From NCBI GenBank assembly GCA_963744995.1, contig CAVUWA010000005.1, positions 128,001 to 192,000 on the forward strand: a stretch of 64,000 bases of DNA, given 5' to 3'. The stretch's first letter is position 1. Every line of letters starts with the position of its first letter. Shown here piece by piece: positions 10,981 through 21,068 of this stretch. Position numbers and translations under genes: made by a program. The notes under the pieces are model-generated. The model was not told the origin of the DNA. It made no database searches and saw nothing but the letters and a program-made list of their open reading frames with translations. Source of the stretch: Candidatus Eiseniibacteriota bacterium. GTDB taxonomy: Bacteria; Eisenbacteria; RBG-16-71-46.

Positions 10981-11472
10981 GTGCAAACCCCGCGACCGCG
11001 GCCACCGTGGCGCTCACGCATCGGGTGTGGCCCCGAACGCACGCGGCGCTGCCGGCGCCCGCAGTGAAAGATGCCTGCGGAGAACGATCACGGGGCCCGC
11101 GCCGCAAGAAGTGCTCCAGACCGTCGCGGCGCCCCCCGGACGCGGACCTCGCGTCCAACCCGTGACGGATCAAGGGGAATGGACGAACCGCGCCCCGCGG
11201 GTCACCCCGCCTGCCGGCGACGATACCTGACGAACACGGTCACGGACTGAAGAAATGGCAGGCGCCCCGGTGCGGTGGACCGGGGCCGCGCCTGGTCTGT
11301 CCATGAACCGGATTGCAACCCATCGGGTTAGCCGCCCCGGGGCGCTCCTTTCTTTCGGCGCGCTCCTTGCAGTTGCAGAAGAGTGCTCCCGTAGTATGGT
11401 CCACCTTCGACGTTCGGGGACGATTCGTACGCGGATCCCCGGTGGACACCAACAGCCAGAAGGGACTTCAAA

Positions 11473-12141
11473 ATGCGCCGAGCTCTAATGACCATGGCTC
11501 TCGTGGGCGTGGTGGGGTGGACGGTCTCCGCGAGCCAGAACGCATGGGCTTACCCCAACATCGCGGTCGCCACCAAAGCCTCCTGTGCGACCTGTCACAC
11601 GAGCCCCGCCGGTGGAGCCGCACTGACCGACGTGGGCACCAAATACCAGGCCGACGACAGCATCAAGGTGCCCACGGACGTGGCCGGGGCTGATTACATC
11701 GGGGCCAAGAAGTGCGGCCTGTGCCATCGCGCCTATGCGACGGCCTGGGCCGAGACCCCTCACGCGAAGGCGTGGGCGACCCTGGAGTCGGCGGACGAGA
11801 AGACGGTCGCCGCGATGGCCACGAAGCTCGGCGTCAAGGTCGAAGGCAAGGCCTCGGAGAGCCCGGCGTGCATCGGCTGTCACGTGACCGGCAACGATCT
11901 CCCCGGCGGCTACAAGGCCGGCGCGGAGGGCGCCGACGCGATGGTCAACGTGGCGTGCGAGGCGTGCCACGGACCCGGCAGCATGCACATGAAGGCGGCG
12001 AAGGCCGACAAGAAGGCGATGATCAACGCCGCCGTTTCCGAGAAGATGTGCATGCAGTGCCACACGAAGGTGATGAGCCCGGACTTCGACTTCGCCAAGT
12101 ACGTGGAGAAGGGCGTTCACAAGATCGCGAAGACCGAATAG
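11473..12141 (+). CDS. Periplasmic pentaheme cytochrome c (cytochrome c554-like core plus an extra N-terminal heme)
   Basis: Signal peptide ending AWA; CATCH, YIGAKKCGLCH..W..TPHAKA, CIGCHVTG, V.CEACHGPGS.H, CMQCH. Confidence 0.9.
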   Translation: MRRALMTMALVGVVGWTVSASQNAWAYPNIAVATKASCATCHTSPAGGAALTDVGTKYQADDSIKVPTDVAGADYIGAKKCGLCHRAYATAWAETPHAKAWATLESADEKTVAAMATKLGVKVEGKASESPACIGCHVTGNDLPGGYKAGAEGADAMVNVACEACHGPGSMHMKAAKADKKAMINAAVSEKMCMQCHTKVMSPDFDFAKYVEKGVHKIAKTE

Positions 12142-12156
12142 CCGAATGGACATGGG

Positions 12157-12186
12157 CGCGCGGGCGGAGCTTCATCCGCCCGCGCG
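12157..12186 (+). terminator. Intergenic hairpin after the pentaheme cytochrome gene
   Basis: cgcgcgggcgga-gcttca-tccgcccgcgcg, 12-bp perfect stem, no U-tract. Confidence 0.5.
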
Positions 12187-12207
12187 AACCGGGAGCTGCG
12201 TGACGGC

Positions 12208-15036
12208 ATGAGAAGGGTGCGGAGGGGTTGGGGCCGCGAAGCGGTTCGAAGGGTCACGGCTGGTGCATGGGCCGGCGTGGCCCTTGTTCTATTCGCTCTG
12301 GGGCCGCCGGCCACCCCCGTCCACGCGGCCGCGCCCCCGGCGCTGCCGGGCTCGGAGGATTGCGCGGTGTGCCACGACCCCGGCCCGCTGCGCGCGTCCC
12401 GTACCGCGGGGGAAGCGCCTGCGTTCGGCGCCGCGGCACTCGCCGCCTCCCCGCACGCGGCGCTCCAGTGCGTGGCCTGCCACCGCGACCTCGACGGCGC
12501 CGAACTGCCGCATCCGGAGAAGCTCCAGAAGGTGGACTGCGGCGTCTGCCACGGTAACGAGCAACACCAGTACGCGGAGAGCCTGCACGGAGTCGCCAAG
12601 TCGCGCGGCGAAAGGCTGGCGCCCGACTGCAAGAGTTGCCACGGCCGCCACGACATCATGCGACCGAGCCAGCTCGACGCGCCGACGAGCAAGGTCAACG
12701 TGCCGCTGCTCTGCAATCGCTGCCACCGCGAAGGCTCGCCGGTCAACCTGATCTACAACATTCCGCAGGACAGCATCCTCACCAACTACAAAGAGTCGAT
12801 CCACGGCGAGGGCCTGTACCGCAAGGGCATCCTCTCCACCGCGGTCTGCACCAGCTGCCACACGGCGCATCACGTCCTGCCGCACACCGATCCGCGTTCG
12901 TCGATCGCGCGCGAGAACGTGGTGAAGACCTGCACGCAGTGCCACGTGCGCATCGAGCAGGTGCATCGCCAGGTGATCCAGGGAGAGCTGTGGGAGAAGA
13001 AGCCGCACACGATTCCGGTATGTGTGGACTGCCACGAGCCTCACAAGGCGCGTCGCGTCTTCTATACCCAGGGCATGGCGGACCGTGACTGCCTGTCATG
13101 CCATGCGAAGCAGGGTCTCAAGGCGGTCGACGGCCGTGACATGCACGTGGACGCCGCTGAACTCGCCGGTTCGCGCCACAGCCGCATCGCCTGCTCGCAG
13201 TGCCACACCGGCGGCGATCCCGCCGACAAGCGCCCGTGCCGGACTATGACGACGAAGGTCGACTGCGCCGTGTGCCACGACGCCGTGGTCGAGACGTACC
13301 AGACCAGCCGCCACGGCAAGCTGGCCGCCGAGGGCAGCCCGGACGCGCCGCGCTGCATGGACTGCCACGGCACCCACGGCATCAAGGGCCACAACGACTC
13401 GTCTTCGCCGACCTACTCGCAGAACATCCCGACCCTGTGCGGTGACTGCCACCGTCGCGGCCACAAGGCCGCGGTGCGCTACAAGGGGGCGGAGCAGCAG
13501 CCGGTCGAAAGCTACGTGGAGAGCATCCACGGCAAGGGTCTGCTCGAGAGCGGTCTCACCGTGACGGCGACCTGCGTCGACTGCCACACGGCGCACGGCG
13601 AGCTGCCGCACACCGATCCCGCGTCGACCGTGAACCGCAAGAACATTCCCGAGACCTGCGGGCAGTGTCACCGCGGCATCTACGACCTGTTCAAGTCGAG
13701 CATCCATGCGACCAGCAAGACCGACAAGGAGCTGCCGGTCTGCTCGGACTGCCACTCCGCGCACACGATCGAGCGCACCGACCTCGATGACTTCCGCCTG
13801 ACGATCATCCGGCAATGCGGGCGCTGCCACGCGGAGGTCACGAAATCCTACTTCGATACCTTCCACGGCAAGGTGACGAAGCTCGGCTACGAGAAGACGG
13901 CGAAGTGCTACGACTGCCACGGCGCCCACGACATCCTGCCGCCCTGGGATCCGCGCTCGCACCTGAGCCGCGCGAACATCGTCGAGACGTGCCGCCAGTG
14001 CCACCCGGGCTCCAACCGCCGCTTCGCCGGCTACCTGACGCATGCGACCCACCACGATCCGCGCAAGTATCCCGCCCTGTTCTGGGTGTTCTGGGGGATG
14101 ACCGGCCTGCTGGTGGGGACGTTCGCGGTCGCGGGGGCGCATACGCTGGCGTGGCTGCCGCGCTCGCTGCGCTACCGGCGGCATCTGAAGCAGATGCTGG
14201 CCCGCGAGCACTCGGTGCACGTGCGCCGCTTCTCGCGCCTGCAGCGCAATACCCACATCATGGTGATCGTGAGCTTCCTCGGCCTCGCGCTCACCGGGAT
14301 GATGCTCAAATTCTCCTACGCCGGCTGGGCGCAGTGGCTGTCGCGCGTGCTGGGCGGTTTCGAAGCCGCCGGCTTCATCCATCGTGTGTGTGCGCTGCTC
14401 ACCTTCACCTACTTCGGCATCCACCTCTGGGACCTCATCCGCCGCAAGCGGGCGAGCGGAATGTCGTGGAAGACGTTCATCACCGGACCCACGGGGATGA
14501 TGTTCTCGTTCACCGACCTCAAGGAGTTCTTCCAGTCCTTCCGCTGGTTCCTCGGCAAGGGCCGGCGCCCCGATTACGGCCGCTGGACCTACTGGGAGAA
14601 GTTCGACTACTTCGCCGTGTTCTGGGGCGTCACGGTGATCGGCACGACCGGCCTGCTGCTCTGGTTCCCCACGATCTTCACGCACATCCTGCCGGGCTGG
14701 CTGATCAACGTCGCGACCATCATCCACAGTGACGAGGCCCTGCTGGCGGTGGGCTTCATCTTCACCGTCCACTTCTTCAACACCCACTTCCGGCCCGAGA
14801 AGTTCCCCATGGACACCTCGATCTTCACGCGCGGTGTCCCGGTCGAGGAGTTCAAGGAAGACCGCCCGCGCGAGTACGAGCAGCTCGTCGCCAGCGGCCG
14901 CCTGGAGGAGCGGATCGAGCCCGCGCCCTCGGAAACGCGGCTCAGGGCCTGGCGGGCCTTCGGTAGCATTGCACTGACCATCGGAATCGTGTTGATTCTG
15001 CTGATTCTCTATTCGGTCATCTTCGGCTACCGCTGA
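12208..15036 (+). CDS. Multiheme cytochrome c (19 CxxCH) fused to an FdnI/HydC-type cytochrome b domain (extended CbcL-like)
   Basis: 19 CxxCH; C-terminal YGRWTYWEKFDYFAVFWG, IIHSDEALLA, HFFNTH..PEKFPMD. Confidence 0.92.
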   Translation: MRRVRRGWGREAVRRVTAGAWAGVALVLFALGPPATPVHAAAPPALPGSEDCAVCHDPGPLRASRTAGEAPAFGAAALAASPHAALQCVACHRDLDGAELPHPEKLQKVDCGVCHGNEQHQYAESLHGVAKSRGERLAPDCKSCHGRHDIMRPSQLDAPTSKVNVPLLCNRCHREGSPVNLIYNIPQDSILTNYKESIHGEGLYRKGILSTAVCTSCHTAHHVLPHTDPRSSIARENVVKTCTQCHVRIEQVHRQVIQGELWEKKPHTIPVCVDCHEPHKARRVFYTQGMADRDCLSCHAKQGLKAVDGRDMHVDAAELAGSRHSRIACSQCHTGGDPADKRPCRTMTTKVDCAVCHDAVVETYQTSRHGKLAAEGSPDAPRCMDCHGTHGIKGHNDSSSPTYSQNIPTLCGDCHRRGHKAAVRYKGAEQQPVESYVESIHGKGLLESGLTVTATCVDCHTAHGELPHTDPASTVNRKNIPETCGQCHRGIYDLFKSSIHATSKTDKELPVCSDCHSAHTIERTDLDDFRLTIIRQCGRCHAEVTKSYFDTFHGKVTKLGYEKTAKCYDCHGAHDILPPWDPRSHLSRANIVETCRQCHPGSNRRFAGYLTHATHHDPRKYPALFWVFWGMTGLLVGTFAVAGAHTLAWLPRSLRYRRHLKQMLAREHSVHVRRFSRLQRNTHIMVIVSFLGLALTGMMLKFSYAGWAQWLSRVLGGFEAAGFIHRVCALLTFTYFGIHLWDLIRRKRASGMSWKTFITGPTGMMFSFTDLKEFFQSFRWFLGKGRRPDYGRWTYWEKFDYFAVFWGVTVIGTTGLLLWFPTIFTHILPGWLINVATIIHSDEALLAVGFIFTVHFFNTHFRPEKFPMDTSIFTRGVPVEEFKEDRPREYEQLVASGRLEERIEPAPSETRLRAWRAFGSIALTIGIVLILLILYSVIFGYR

Positions 15037-15097
15037 TCGTCCATCTGAAGTAGGCTGCCGGACGCCGTCTTCGTTCATTCCTGGCGGGGGCCCGTAC

Positions 15098-15526
15098 ATG
15101 GAACGACGCAAGTTTCTCGACTGGCTGATCCGGGTGTCCGGGACCGCTCTCGGCGGGCTCGTACTCTATCCGGTCGTGCGCTATCTGGTGCCGCCCAGGA
15201 TCCCGGAGGCGGCGACCCGCCGGGTCGTCGCCGCCAAGGCCGACGAGCTGAAACCCGGCAGCTTCAAGATCTTCCCGTTCGGCGGACTGCCCGGCATCCT
15301 CATCCGCACCGACGACGGCGCCTACCACGCACTGTCCGCCACCTGTACGCACCTCGACTGCACCGTCCAGTACCGCGAGGACGAGCACGTCATCTGGTGC
15401 GCGTGCCACGGCGGCCGCTACAGCATCGAGGGCAAAAACATCTCCGGCCCGCCGCCGCGGCCGCTCGAGGAATACCAGGTCCACGTGGTCGGTGAGGACG
15501 TCGTGGTCCAGAAGGCGCAAGCCTGA
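15098..15526 (+). CDS. Rieske [2Fe-2S] subunit of a Rieske/cytochrome b complex (copy 1)
   Basis: Tat-like ERRKFL plus TM helix; CTHLDC and CACH; GPPPRPL. Confidence 0.93.
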   Translation: MERRKFLDWLIRVSGTALGGLVLYPVVRYLVPPRIPEAATRRVVAAKADELKPGSFKIFPFGGLPGILIRTDDGAYHALSATCTHLDCTVQYREDEHVIWCACHGGRYSIEGKNISGPPPRPLEEYQVHVVGEDVVVQKAQA

Positions 15527-16605
15527 TGTTCACCCGGATCCGCAACTGGCTCTGGGAGCGCCTCGGGCTCGAGCCGCTCGTCGCCGTCGCCGAGCACAAG
15601 GAAGTGCCGATCCACCGGCACACCTTCTGGTACTACTGGGGCGGGATGACGCTGTTTCTGTTCGGCGTCCAGGTGGCAACGGGCATCCTGCTGCTCCTGT
15701 ACTACCGGCCCAGCGCGGACGAGGCCTACGAGAGCGTCCACTTCATCATGACGCAGGTGCACTTCGGCTGGCTGATCCGCGGGATTCACTCCTGGAGCGC
15801 CAACCTGATGGTGGGTGCCGCGCTGGTGCACATGTTCAGCACCTTCATGATGAAGGCCTACCGGCGTCCGCGCGAGGCGACCTGGCTCAGCGGCATGGTG
15901 CTGCTGTTCCTGGCCCTCGGCTTCGGCTTCAGCGGCTATCTCCTGCCCTGGAACGAGCTGGCGTTCTTCGCCACCAAGGTGGGCACCGACATCGCCGGCG
16001 CACTGCCCGGCATAGGTCACTTCATGCTGGTGTTCCTGCGCGGCGGCGACCAGATCACCGGCGGCACGCTCACGCGCTTCTACGGCTTCCACGTCGCGGT
16101 GCTGCCGGCGCTCGCCACCGCCCTGCTCGCGCTGCACGTCTATCTGGTCCAGCGTCACGGCATGAGCGTCCCGCCCGCGGTGGAGGACGCCGGCGGCCCG
16201 CGCGGCGCGATGAAGTTCATCCCCGGCTTCCTGCTGCGGGACGCGGTGGGCTGGCTCGCGGCGCTGGCCGTGCTTGCGCTGCTCGCCGCGCTGTTCCCGT
16301 GGGAGCTCGGTCAGAAGGCCAATCCCTACGCTCCCGCCCCGGCCGGGATCCGCCCCGAGTGGTACTTCGGCTGGATGTTCCAGACGCTGCGCATGCTGCC
16401 TGCGCACATATTCTTCCTCGAGGGCGAGCTGGTGGGCATTCTCGGCATCGGCCTCGCCGGCCTGCTCTGGCTGGCGGTGCCGTTCCTCGACACCCCCGAC
16501 GGCCGCGGCGGCCGCGCCCGCGTCTGGACCATGGCCGGCTGGCTGGCCATCGTCTACATCGTGACGTTCACGCTGCTCATGTACCGCGGAGGAGGTCACG
16601 GATGA
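15526..16605 (+). CDS. Cytochrome b of a Rieske/cytochrome b complex (copy 1, canonical; b6 and subunit IV regions fused)
   Basis: All four His ligands (IHSW..LVH; FHVA..LALH), GYLLPW, PEWY. Confidence 0.95.
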   Translation: MFTRIRNWLWERLGLEPLVAVAEHKEVPIHRHTFWYYWGGMTLFLFGVQVATGILLLLYYRPSADEAYESVHFIMTQVHFGWLIRGIHSWSANLMVGAALVHMFSTFMMKAYRRPREATWLSGMVLLFLALGFGFSGYLLPWNELAFFATKVGTDIAGALPGIGHFMLVFLRGGDQITGGTLTRFYGFHVAVLPALATALLALHVYLVQRHGMSVPPAVEDAGGPRGAMKFIPGFLLRDAVGWLAALAVLALLAALFPWELGQKANPYAPAPAGIRPEWYFGWMFQTLRMLPAHIFFLEGELVGILGIGLAGLLWLAVPFLDTPDGRGGRARVWTMAGWLAIVYIVTFTLLMYRGGGHG

Positions 16606-17921
16606 GGCCGCGCAACGAGAATCCTGGCCCCCGGCGCGCGTGGGGATTCCGGCACCTGGCCGCTCTCCTGCTCGCGGCCGGTGTCGCCGGCGCGGGGTTC
16701 CAGGCCGCCGCGCCGGCGCGGGCGGCCACGCAGAATTCCTGCATCGACTGCCACAGCCAGCTCGACGGCGAGATGGCGAAACCCGCGAAGGAGTTCCCGC
16801 ACAGCATCCACGCCGATCGCGGCCTCGACTGCACCGCATGCCACGGCGGCGATTCCAAAGACGAGGACATCACCGCGATGGACCCCGACAAGGGGTTCAA
16901 GGGCAAGCCGACCCGCGATCAGATCGCCGGGCTCTGCGCCTCCTGCCACGCGAACGCGGCGTACATGAAGCGGTACAACCCCAAGCCCTACGTGTTCTCG
17001 GTCGCCGAGTGGAAGACCAGCGTGCACTGCAAGCGCGAAGAGCTGGGCGACAAGAAAGTCGCCACCTGCACGAACTGCCATGGCGTGCACGACATCCGCG
17101 CCCACACCGATCCGACCTCGCGGGTCTATCACACCAACGTGCCCAAGCTGTGCGCGGGGTGCCACAACGCCAATTACATGAAAGGGCGCTCGGTGCCGAC
17201 CGACCAGTACCAGAAGTACGTCGGCAGCGTGCACGGCATCGCGCTGCTGCAGAAGGGCGACCTGTCAGCGCCGGCCTGCAACGACTGTCACGGCAACCAC
17301 GGCGCGGCGCCGCCCGGTGTGAAGAACGTCGTGCACGTCTGTGGCACGTGTCACGGCCGCATGGCGGAGCTGTTCGGCCCGAGCAAGATGCACGCGGCGA
17401 TGGATGCGGCCGGCATGCCGGGCTGCGTCGCCTGCCACGGCAACCACGGAATCCAGCCGCCGTCCGACGACTGGATCGCCACGGCCAACGGTGGCCTGTG
17501 CGGCGAGTGCCACGAGCCGGGATCGAAGGCCGATCAGTCGACCCTGACGATCATCACGGCATTCCAGAACCTGGACCGGTCGATCGCGGCGACGGACAGC
17601 CTGCTTGGACGGGTCGAGGTGCTCGGCATGGAAACGGAGTACGGGCGCAATCTCCTGCGCGCGGCCACCGATCGCAGGACCGCCGCGCGGGCGACCCTGC
17701 ACAGCTTCGATGAGCAGACGATCACGGCCGTCACCAGCGAGGGCACGGACGACGTGAACAAGGCCCGTGCCGCCGCAGAGAGCGCCCTGCGCGACTGGAA
17801 GAACCGCCGCGTCGGGATGGGCGTCTCGGTCGTCGTGATCCTGCTGCTGATCGGGCTGCTGGTGGCGAAGATCCGCGGCACGGAGGCCCCCGACGAGAGC
17901 GGCCCGGGCCGCAGCAGCTGA
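16602..17921 (+). CDS. Nonaheme cytochrome c with C-terminal helical stalk and TM anchor (copy 1)
   Basis: ATG 16602 overlaps the cytochrome b stop, GGAGG RBS; signal peptide; 9 CxxCH; C-terminal [15 protein letters not shown]. Confidence 0.9.
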   Translation: MRPRNENPGPRRAWGFRHLAALLLAAGVAGAGFQAAAPARAATQNSCIDCHSQLDGEMAKPAKEFPHSIHADRGLDCTACHGGDSKDEDITAMDPDKGFKGKPTRDQIAGLCASCHANAAYMKRYNPKPYVFSVAEWKTSVHCKREELGDKKVATCTNCHGVHDIRAHTDPTSRVYHTNVPKLCAGCHNANYMKGRSVPTDQYQKYVGSVHGIALLQKGDLSAPACNDCHGNHGAAPPGVKNVVHVCGTCHGRMAELFGPSKMHAAMDAAGMPGCVACHGNHGIQPPSDDWIATANGGLCGECHEPGSKADQSTLTIITAFQNLDRSIAATDSLLGRVEVLGMETEYGRNLLRAATDRRTAARATLHSFDEQTITAVTSEGTDDVNKARAAAESALRDWKNRRVGMGVSVVVILLLIGLLVAKIRGTEAPDESGPGRSS

Positions 17922-17956
17922 CGGGTCGCGCGGCGCGAGGTCGAGGTTGGAGCCGG

Positions 17957-17978
17957 GGCGGGCCCTGCAGGGCCCGCC
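17957..17978. terminator. 22-bp perfect palindrome between the convergent cytochrome operons
   Basis: ggcgggccctgcagggcccgcc. Confidence 0.55.
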
Positions 17979-18006
17979 TCGCGGCGTTGCGGAGGCGCCC
18001 CGTCCA

Positions 18007-19812
18007 CTACCCGTCGGCGTGACAGTCCTTGCAGACGTTGCGCGAGGGGCGCGGGTCGTTGTGCGAGGTGTCGTGGCAGTTCTGGCACTCGAGCCCGACC
18101 TCGAGGTGAGCGTCGTGTGAGAACTGGCCGCGGAAGCTGGTGACGGTGCGGCCGGTGACGCTCTTGTGGCACGTCATGCAGTCGGCCACCGACACGGTCT
18201 TCTGGCGATGATGGCACGGCATGCAGCCGTCGGGCCCGAATCGGACCACTTCCCCGGGCGCGCGTTCGGCATGCGGCCGGTGGCAGGTCGTGCATTCCAA
18301 CCGCGCGGCGGTCAGGTGCGGCGCGTGCTCGAAGCGATGGCCGCCGAAAGTGCCCGCCTGGCTCTCGACGCCCTGATGGCAGGTCAGGCAGGCCTGTGCG
18401 CCCGCGGCCACCGTGGGCCACGGCTTGCCGAGCGCGGCGAGATGGTGGGTACGGCGCGTTTCGTTCATCTGCTCGTGGGCCTTGTCGAGCAGCGCGAAGG
18501 CGAAGTTCATGTTGTGCACGCCCTTGCCGCGCTCGACCAGGCGGAAGTTGTGCTGGGCATCGTCCCAGGCACTGCCGGCCGACACGCCGACGGCCGCCGC
18601 GGTCGCGTCCATCTGCCGCTTGAGGGCGCCGACCCGCGTGGCGATGCCCCGCTGCCACGCGTCGTAGATACCCTTGTAGGACGGCCCGTGGCACGACATG
18701 CAGGAGATCACGTTGGCTTTGAGTGAGTGCGACCCCATCATGTCGCTTGACGCGGGGAACGACGCCACCGCAGCGTTGTGGCAGCCCTCGCACTTGACGC
18801 CGGCCGCGAACATGGGGCTCGGCATGCGCGGCACGCCGCGGCCGCCGATGCCGGTGTAGAGATCCTGCTGCGGGTTGTGCCCGCTGCCGTGGCAGGTGGA
18901 GCAGTCGGAGGCGCTCTTCGCCACCGTGTCCGGCGCCCGGCCGTGCTCGATCTCCAGGTGGCAGTTCAGACAGTCGACCTTGTGCTCGGTCACGTGCATG
19001 CGGTGCAGAAAGTCGGTCTCGCCATAGCGCGCGAGGCGGTCCTGCTGGTTGTGACAGGTCAGGCAGCGCTCGCGTGGAACGCTGCCGGTCCCGCGCACCA
19101 CGTCCTCGTGGCAGAGCTGGCAGGCGAGATCGAGGCGCCGCACCTGGCTGTGGTCGAACTCGGTGCCCGCGGAGCTGACGACGTGATCGGGGATCTCGTG
19201 GCAGGTCCGGCAGGCGCCGATCCCGGCGTTCACCGCGTTGCCCTTGAAGTGACACAGCGCGCAGGTCGTGGCGGTCACCGCGATGTGGCTGCCCTGCACG
19301 ATCTGGGAATGGCACGACGTGCAGCGCAGCCTGAGTCCGCGCCGCGTCTCGGTGAGGTGCGGGGTGTGGTTGAACACGACGTCGTGAAACAGTTCCTTCC
19401 CGTCGAGCAGGCGGCGCTCGTGGCAGCGCAGGCAGGCGGCATCCGACACCTCGGTCCACGGGTTGGTCCCGTAGGTGCCGGTGAAGTAGCGCACGACCAT
19501 CGACAGCGCTTCGTACTTCTTGCGGAACTCGGCCGTGATGCCCGGCGGGATGTGGCACTCGACGCAGGCGATACCGTTGTGCTTGGAGGCCTGCCACGAC
19601 TGGAAATAGGGCTTCATGATGTGGCACGAGCCGCAGAAGTCGGGCTGTGACGACATCTGCATCGCGAACAGGGTGGCGACGACGAACAGGCCGAACGCAA
19701 GCCCGGCGCTGTAGGTCGCGACCTTGAGTCCGCGCGGCGAGAGCCGCTTCCCGCCCGCACGCGAAGCGACCTCGCCCACCCTCCGTTCGAACGCTTTCCG
19801 CCAGCCCGGCAT
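18007..19812 (-). CDS. Membrane-anchored 18-heme cytochrome c with NapC/NirT-like N-terminus
   Basis: Start reassigned to ATG 19812 (TGATG coupling). TM helix then PDFCGSCHIM.PY..W..S.H..CVECH; 18 CxxCH; FxHxxH units. Confidence 0.9.
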   Translation of the reverse strand: MPGWRKAFERRVGEVASRAGGKRLSPRGLKVATYSAGLAFGLFVVATLFAMQMSSQPDFCGSCHIMKPYFQSWQASKHNGIACVECHIPPGITAEFRKKYEALSMVVRYFTGTYGTNPWTEVSDAACLRCHERRLLDGKELFHDVVFNHTPHLTETRRGLRLRCTSCHSQIVQGSHIAVTATTCALCHFKGNAVNAGIGACRTCHEIPDHVVSSAGTEFDHSQVRRLDLACQLCHEDVVRGTGSVPRERCLTCHNQQDRLARYGETDFLHRMHVTEHKVDCLNCHLEIEHGRAPDTVAKSASDCSTCHGSGHNPQQDLYTGIGGRGVPRMPSPMFAAGVKCEGCHNAAVASFPASSDMMGSHSLKANVISCMSCHGPSYKGIYDAWQRGIATRVGALKRQMDATAAAVGVSAGSAWDDAQHNFRLVERGKGVHNMNFAFALLDKAHEQMNETRRTHHLAALGKPWPTVAAGAQACLTCHQGVESQAGTFGGHRFEHAPHLTAARLECTTCHRPHAERAPGEVVRFGPDGCMPCHHRQKTVSVADCMTCHKSVTGRTVTSFRGQFSHDAHLEVGLECQNCHDTSHNDPRPSRNVCKDCHADG

Positions 19813-21068
19813 CACGTCTTCCGGGGCGCGTCCCGGAAGCGGCGCAGCACGAGGACGGTCAGAATCAGGTAGAACCAGAACACGATGAGGACCAGGCGGC
19901 GCATGTTGAGGTTGGCGAGCTTCGCGTAGATCTCCGACTGGATCTCGGTGCCGACCGAGCGGGCACGAGCGGTGAAGTTGGCGACCGTCTCCTCGTCGAT
20001 CGAATGGGCGGCCGTGAGCGCTTCGTTCTCGTAGGTGCGGGCCTGTTCGAGGCGGGCGCGGTAGTCGTCCGTCGCGAGGGGCACCTGCTCCGCCTTGCGG
20101 ATCAGCGCTTCCGCCTTCTCGAGATCCTCCCCCGCGCTGCGGTAGGAGGTCCACAGCCGCTCGCCGAGCGCCCGTTCACCGGACGCCTTGTCGTGGCACT
20201 TCGCGCATACCGTCCCGAGCCACGCCGGCGGCGCGACCTGGATGGCGTGGTCACCGTGACACGAGGTGCATTCGCTGGTGCCGCCGCGCGCCAGCACGTC
20301 GCGGTGAGGACCCGACATGAAGTATCGCCGCTCCGCGGTGTGGCACTGGCCGCACACCTTGCCGACGTTGCCGACTTCGGGCGGTGCCGCGCCGTGGGCG
20401 CCGTGGCAGCTCACGCAGTTCGGCGCGCGTGGATTGGCGTTGTCGAGGAGCTCGTGGGCGTGAACGCTGGACAGGTAGGGCGCCAGCACGTTCTTCGTCA
20501 CCCGCGTCGTGTCGGAGTGGCAGGCGCCGCAGGTCTGCGGCACGTTGGTGCGGAATACCTTGCTCGCGGGGTCGCTCGCGGCGAGGATCGCGTGTGCCCC
20601 GTGGCAGTCCGAGCACACCGCGACCCGGTCGTTGCCGCGCGCGAGGCGCCGTCCGTGACCGGAGGTCTGGTAGAGCGCGTACTGGTCGACGGGCAGGTTG
20701 TAGGGGCGCATCTTCGACTCGTCGGAGTGGCAGGTCGCGCACACGGTGGGCACCGAGCGGCGCGGGATCGTGCCGCGGAAGTCACCGCCGTGCGCCCGCC
20801 CCTGATCGAGCGTCGTATCGTTGCCGCCGTGGCACGAGATGCAGCGCACCTGTTCGCTCGCATGCCGGCTGGTCTCGAACGCCGCGCGCTCGGCCGGATG
20901 GCAGACGCCGCAGCGGCCGGAAGCCGCGCTGACGTCGGCCGGCCGCGACGCGGACGGGTGCGAGAGGCCGGGCTGCGCGAGCGCGCGACCGACGCCGCCC
21001 GCGGCGGCCATGCCCGCCAGTGCCAGGGCGAGCGCGACGACCGGACGAAGTCCCGGGCGGCGGCTCAA
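19812..21068 (-). CDS. Nonaheme cytochrome c with C-terminal TM anchor (copy 2; paralog of 16602-17921)
   Basis: Signal peptide, 9 CxxCH; shared CHGG, DQY..Y..S.HG, CHG.HGAAPP.V.NV..VCG.CH and HS(F/I)DE motifs. Confidence 0.9.
   Translation of the reverse strand: MSRRPGLRPVVALALALAGMAAAGGVGRALAQPGLSHPSASRPADVSAASGRCGVCHPAERAAFETSRHASEQVRCISCHGGNDTTLDQGRAHGGDFRGTIPRRSVPTVCATCHSDESKMRPYNLPVDQYALYQTSGHGRRLARGNDRVAVCSDCHGAHAILAASDPASKVFRTNVPQTCGACHSDTTRVTKNVLAPYLSSVHAHELLDNANPRAPNCVSCHGAHGAAPPEVGNVGKVCGQCHTAERRYFMSGPHRDVLARGGTSECTSCHGDHAIQVAPPAWLGTVCAKCHDKASGERALGERLWTSYRSAGEDLEKAEALIRKAEQVPLATDDYRARLEQARTYENEALTAAHSIDEETVANFTARARSVGTEIQSEIYAKLANLNMRRLVLIVFWFYLILTVLVLRRFRDAPRKT

Noticed and set aside
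11290..11400. Promoter or operator motifs between the divergent cytochrome genes (AACCC-ATC-GGGTT; TTGCAG-N16-TATGGT; sigma54-like GAGCAC-N4-CTGC on the minus strand)
   Set aside because: Short or imperfect matches; the sigma54-like one lacks the invariant GG spacing.
15526..15700. Covalent heme ci site as in cytochrome b6
   Set aside because: The Cys of the b6 YCxGG motif is absent (YYWGG); copy 2 also lacks it.
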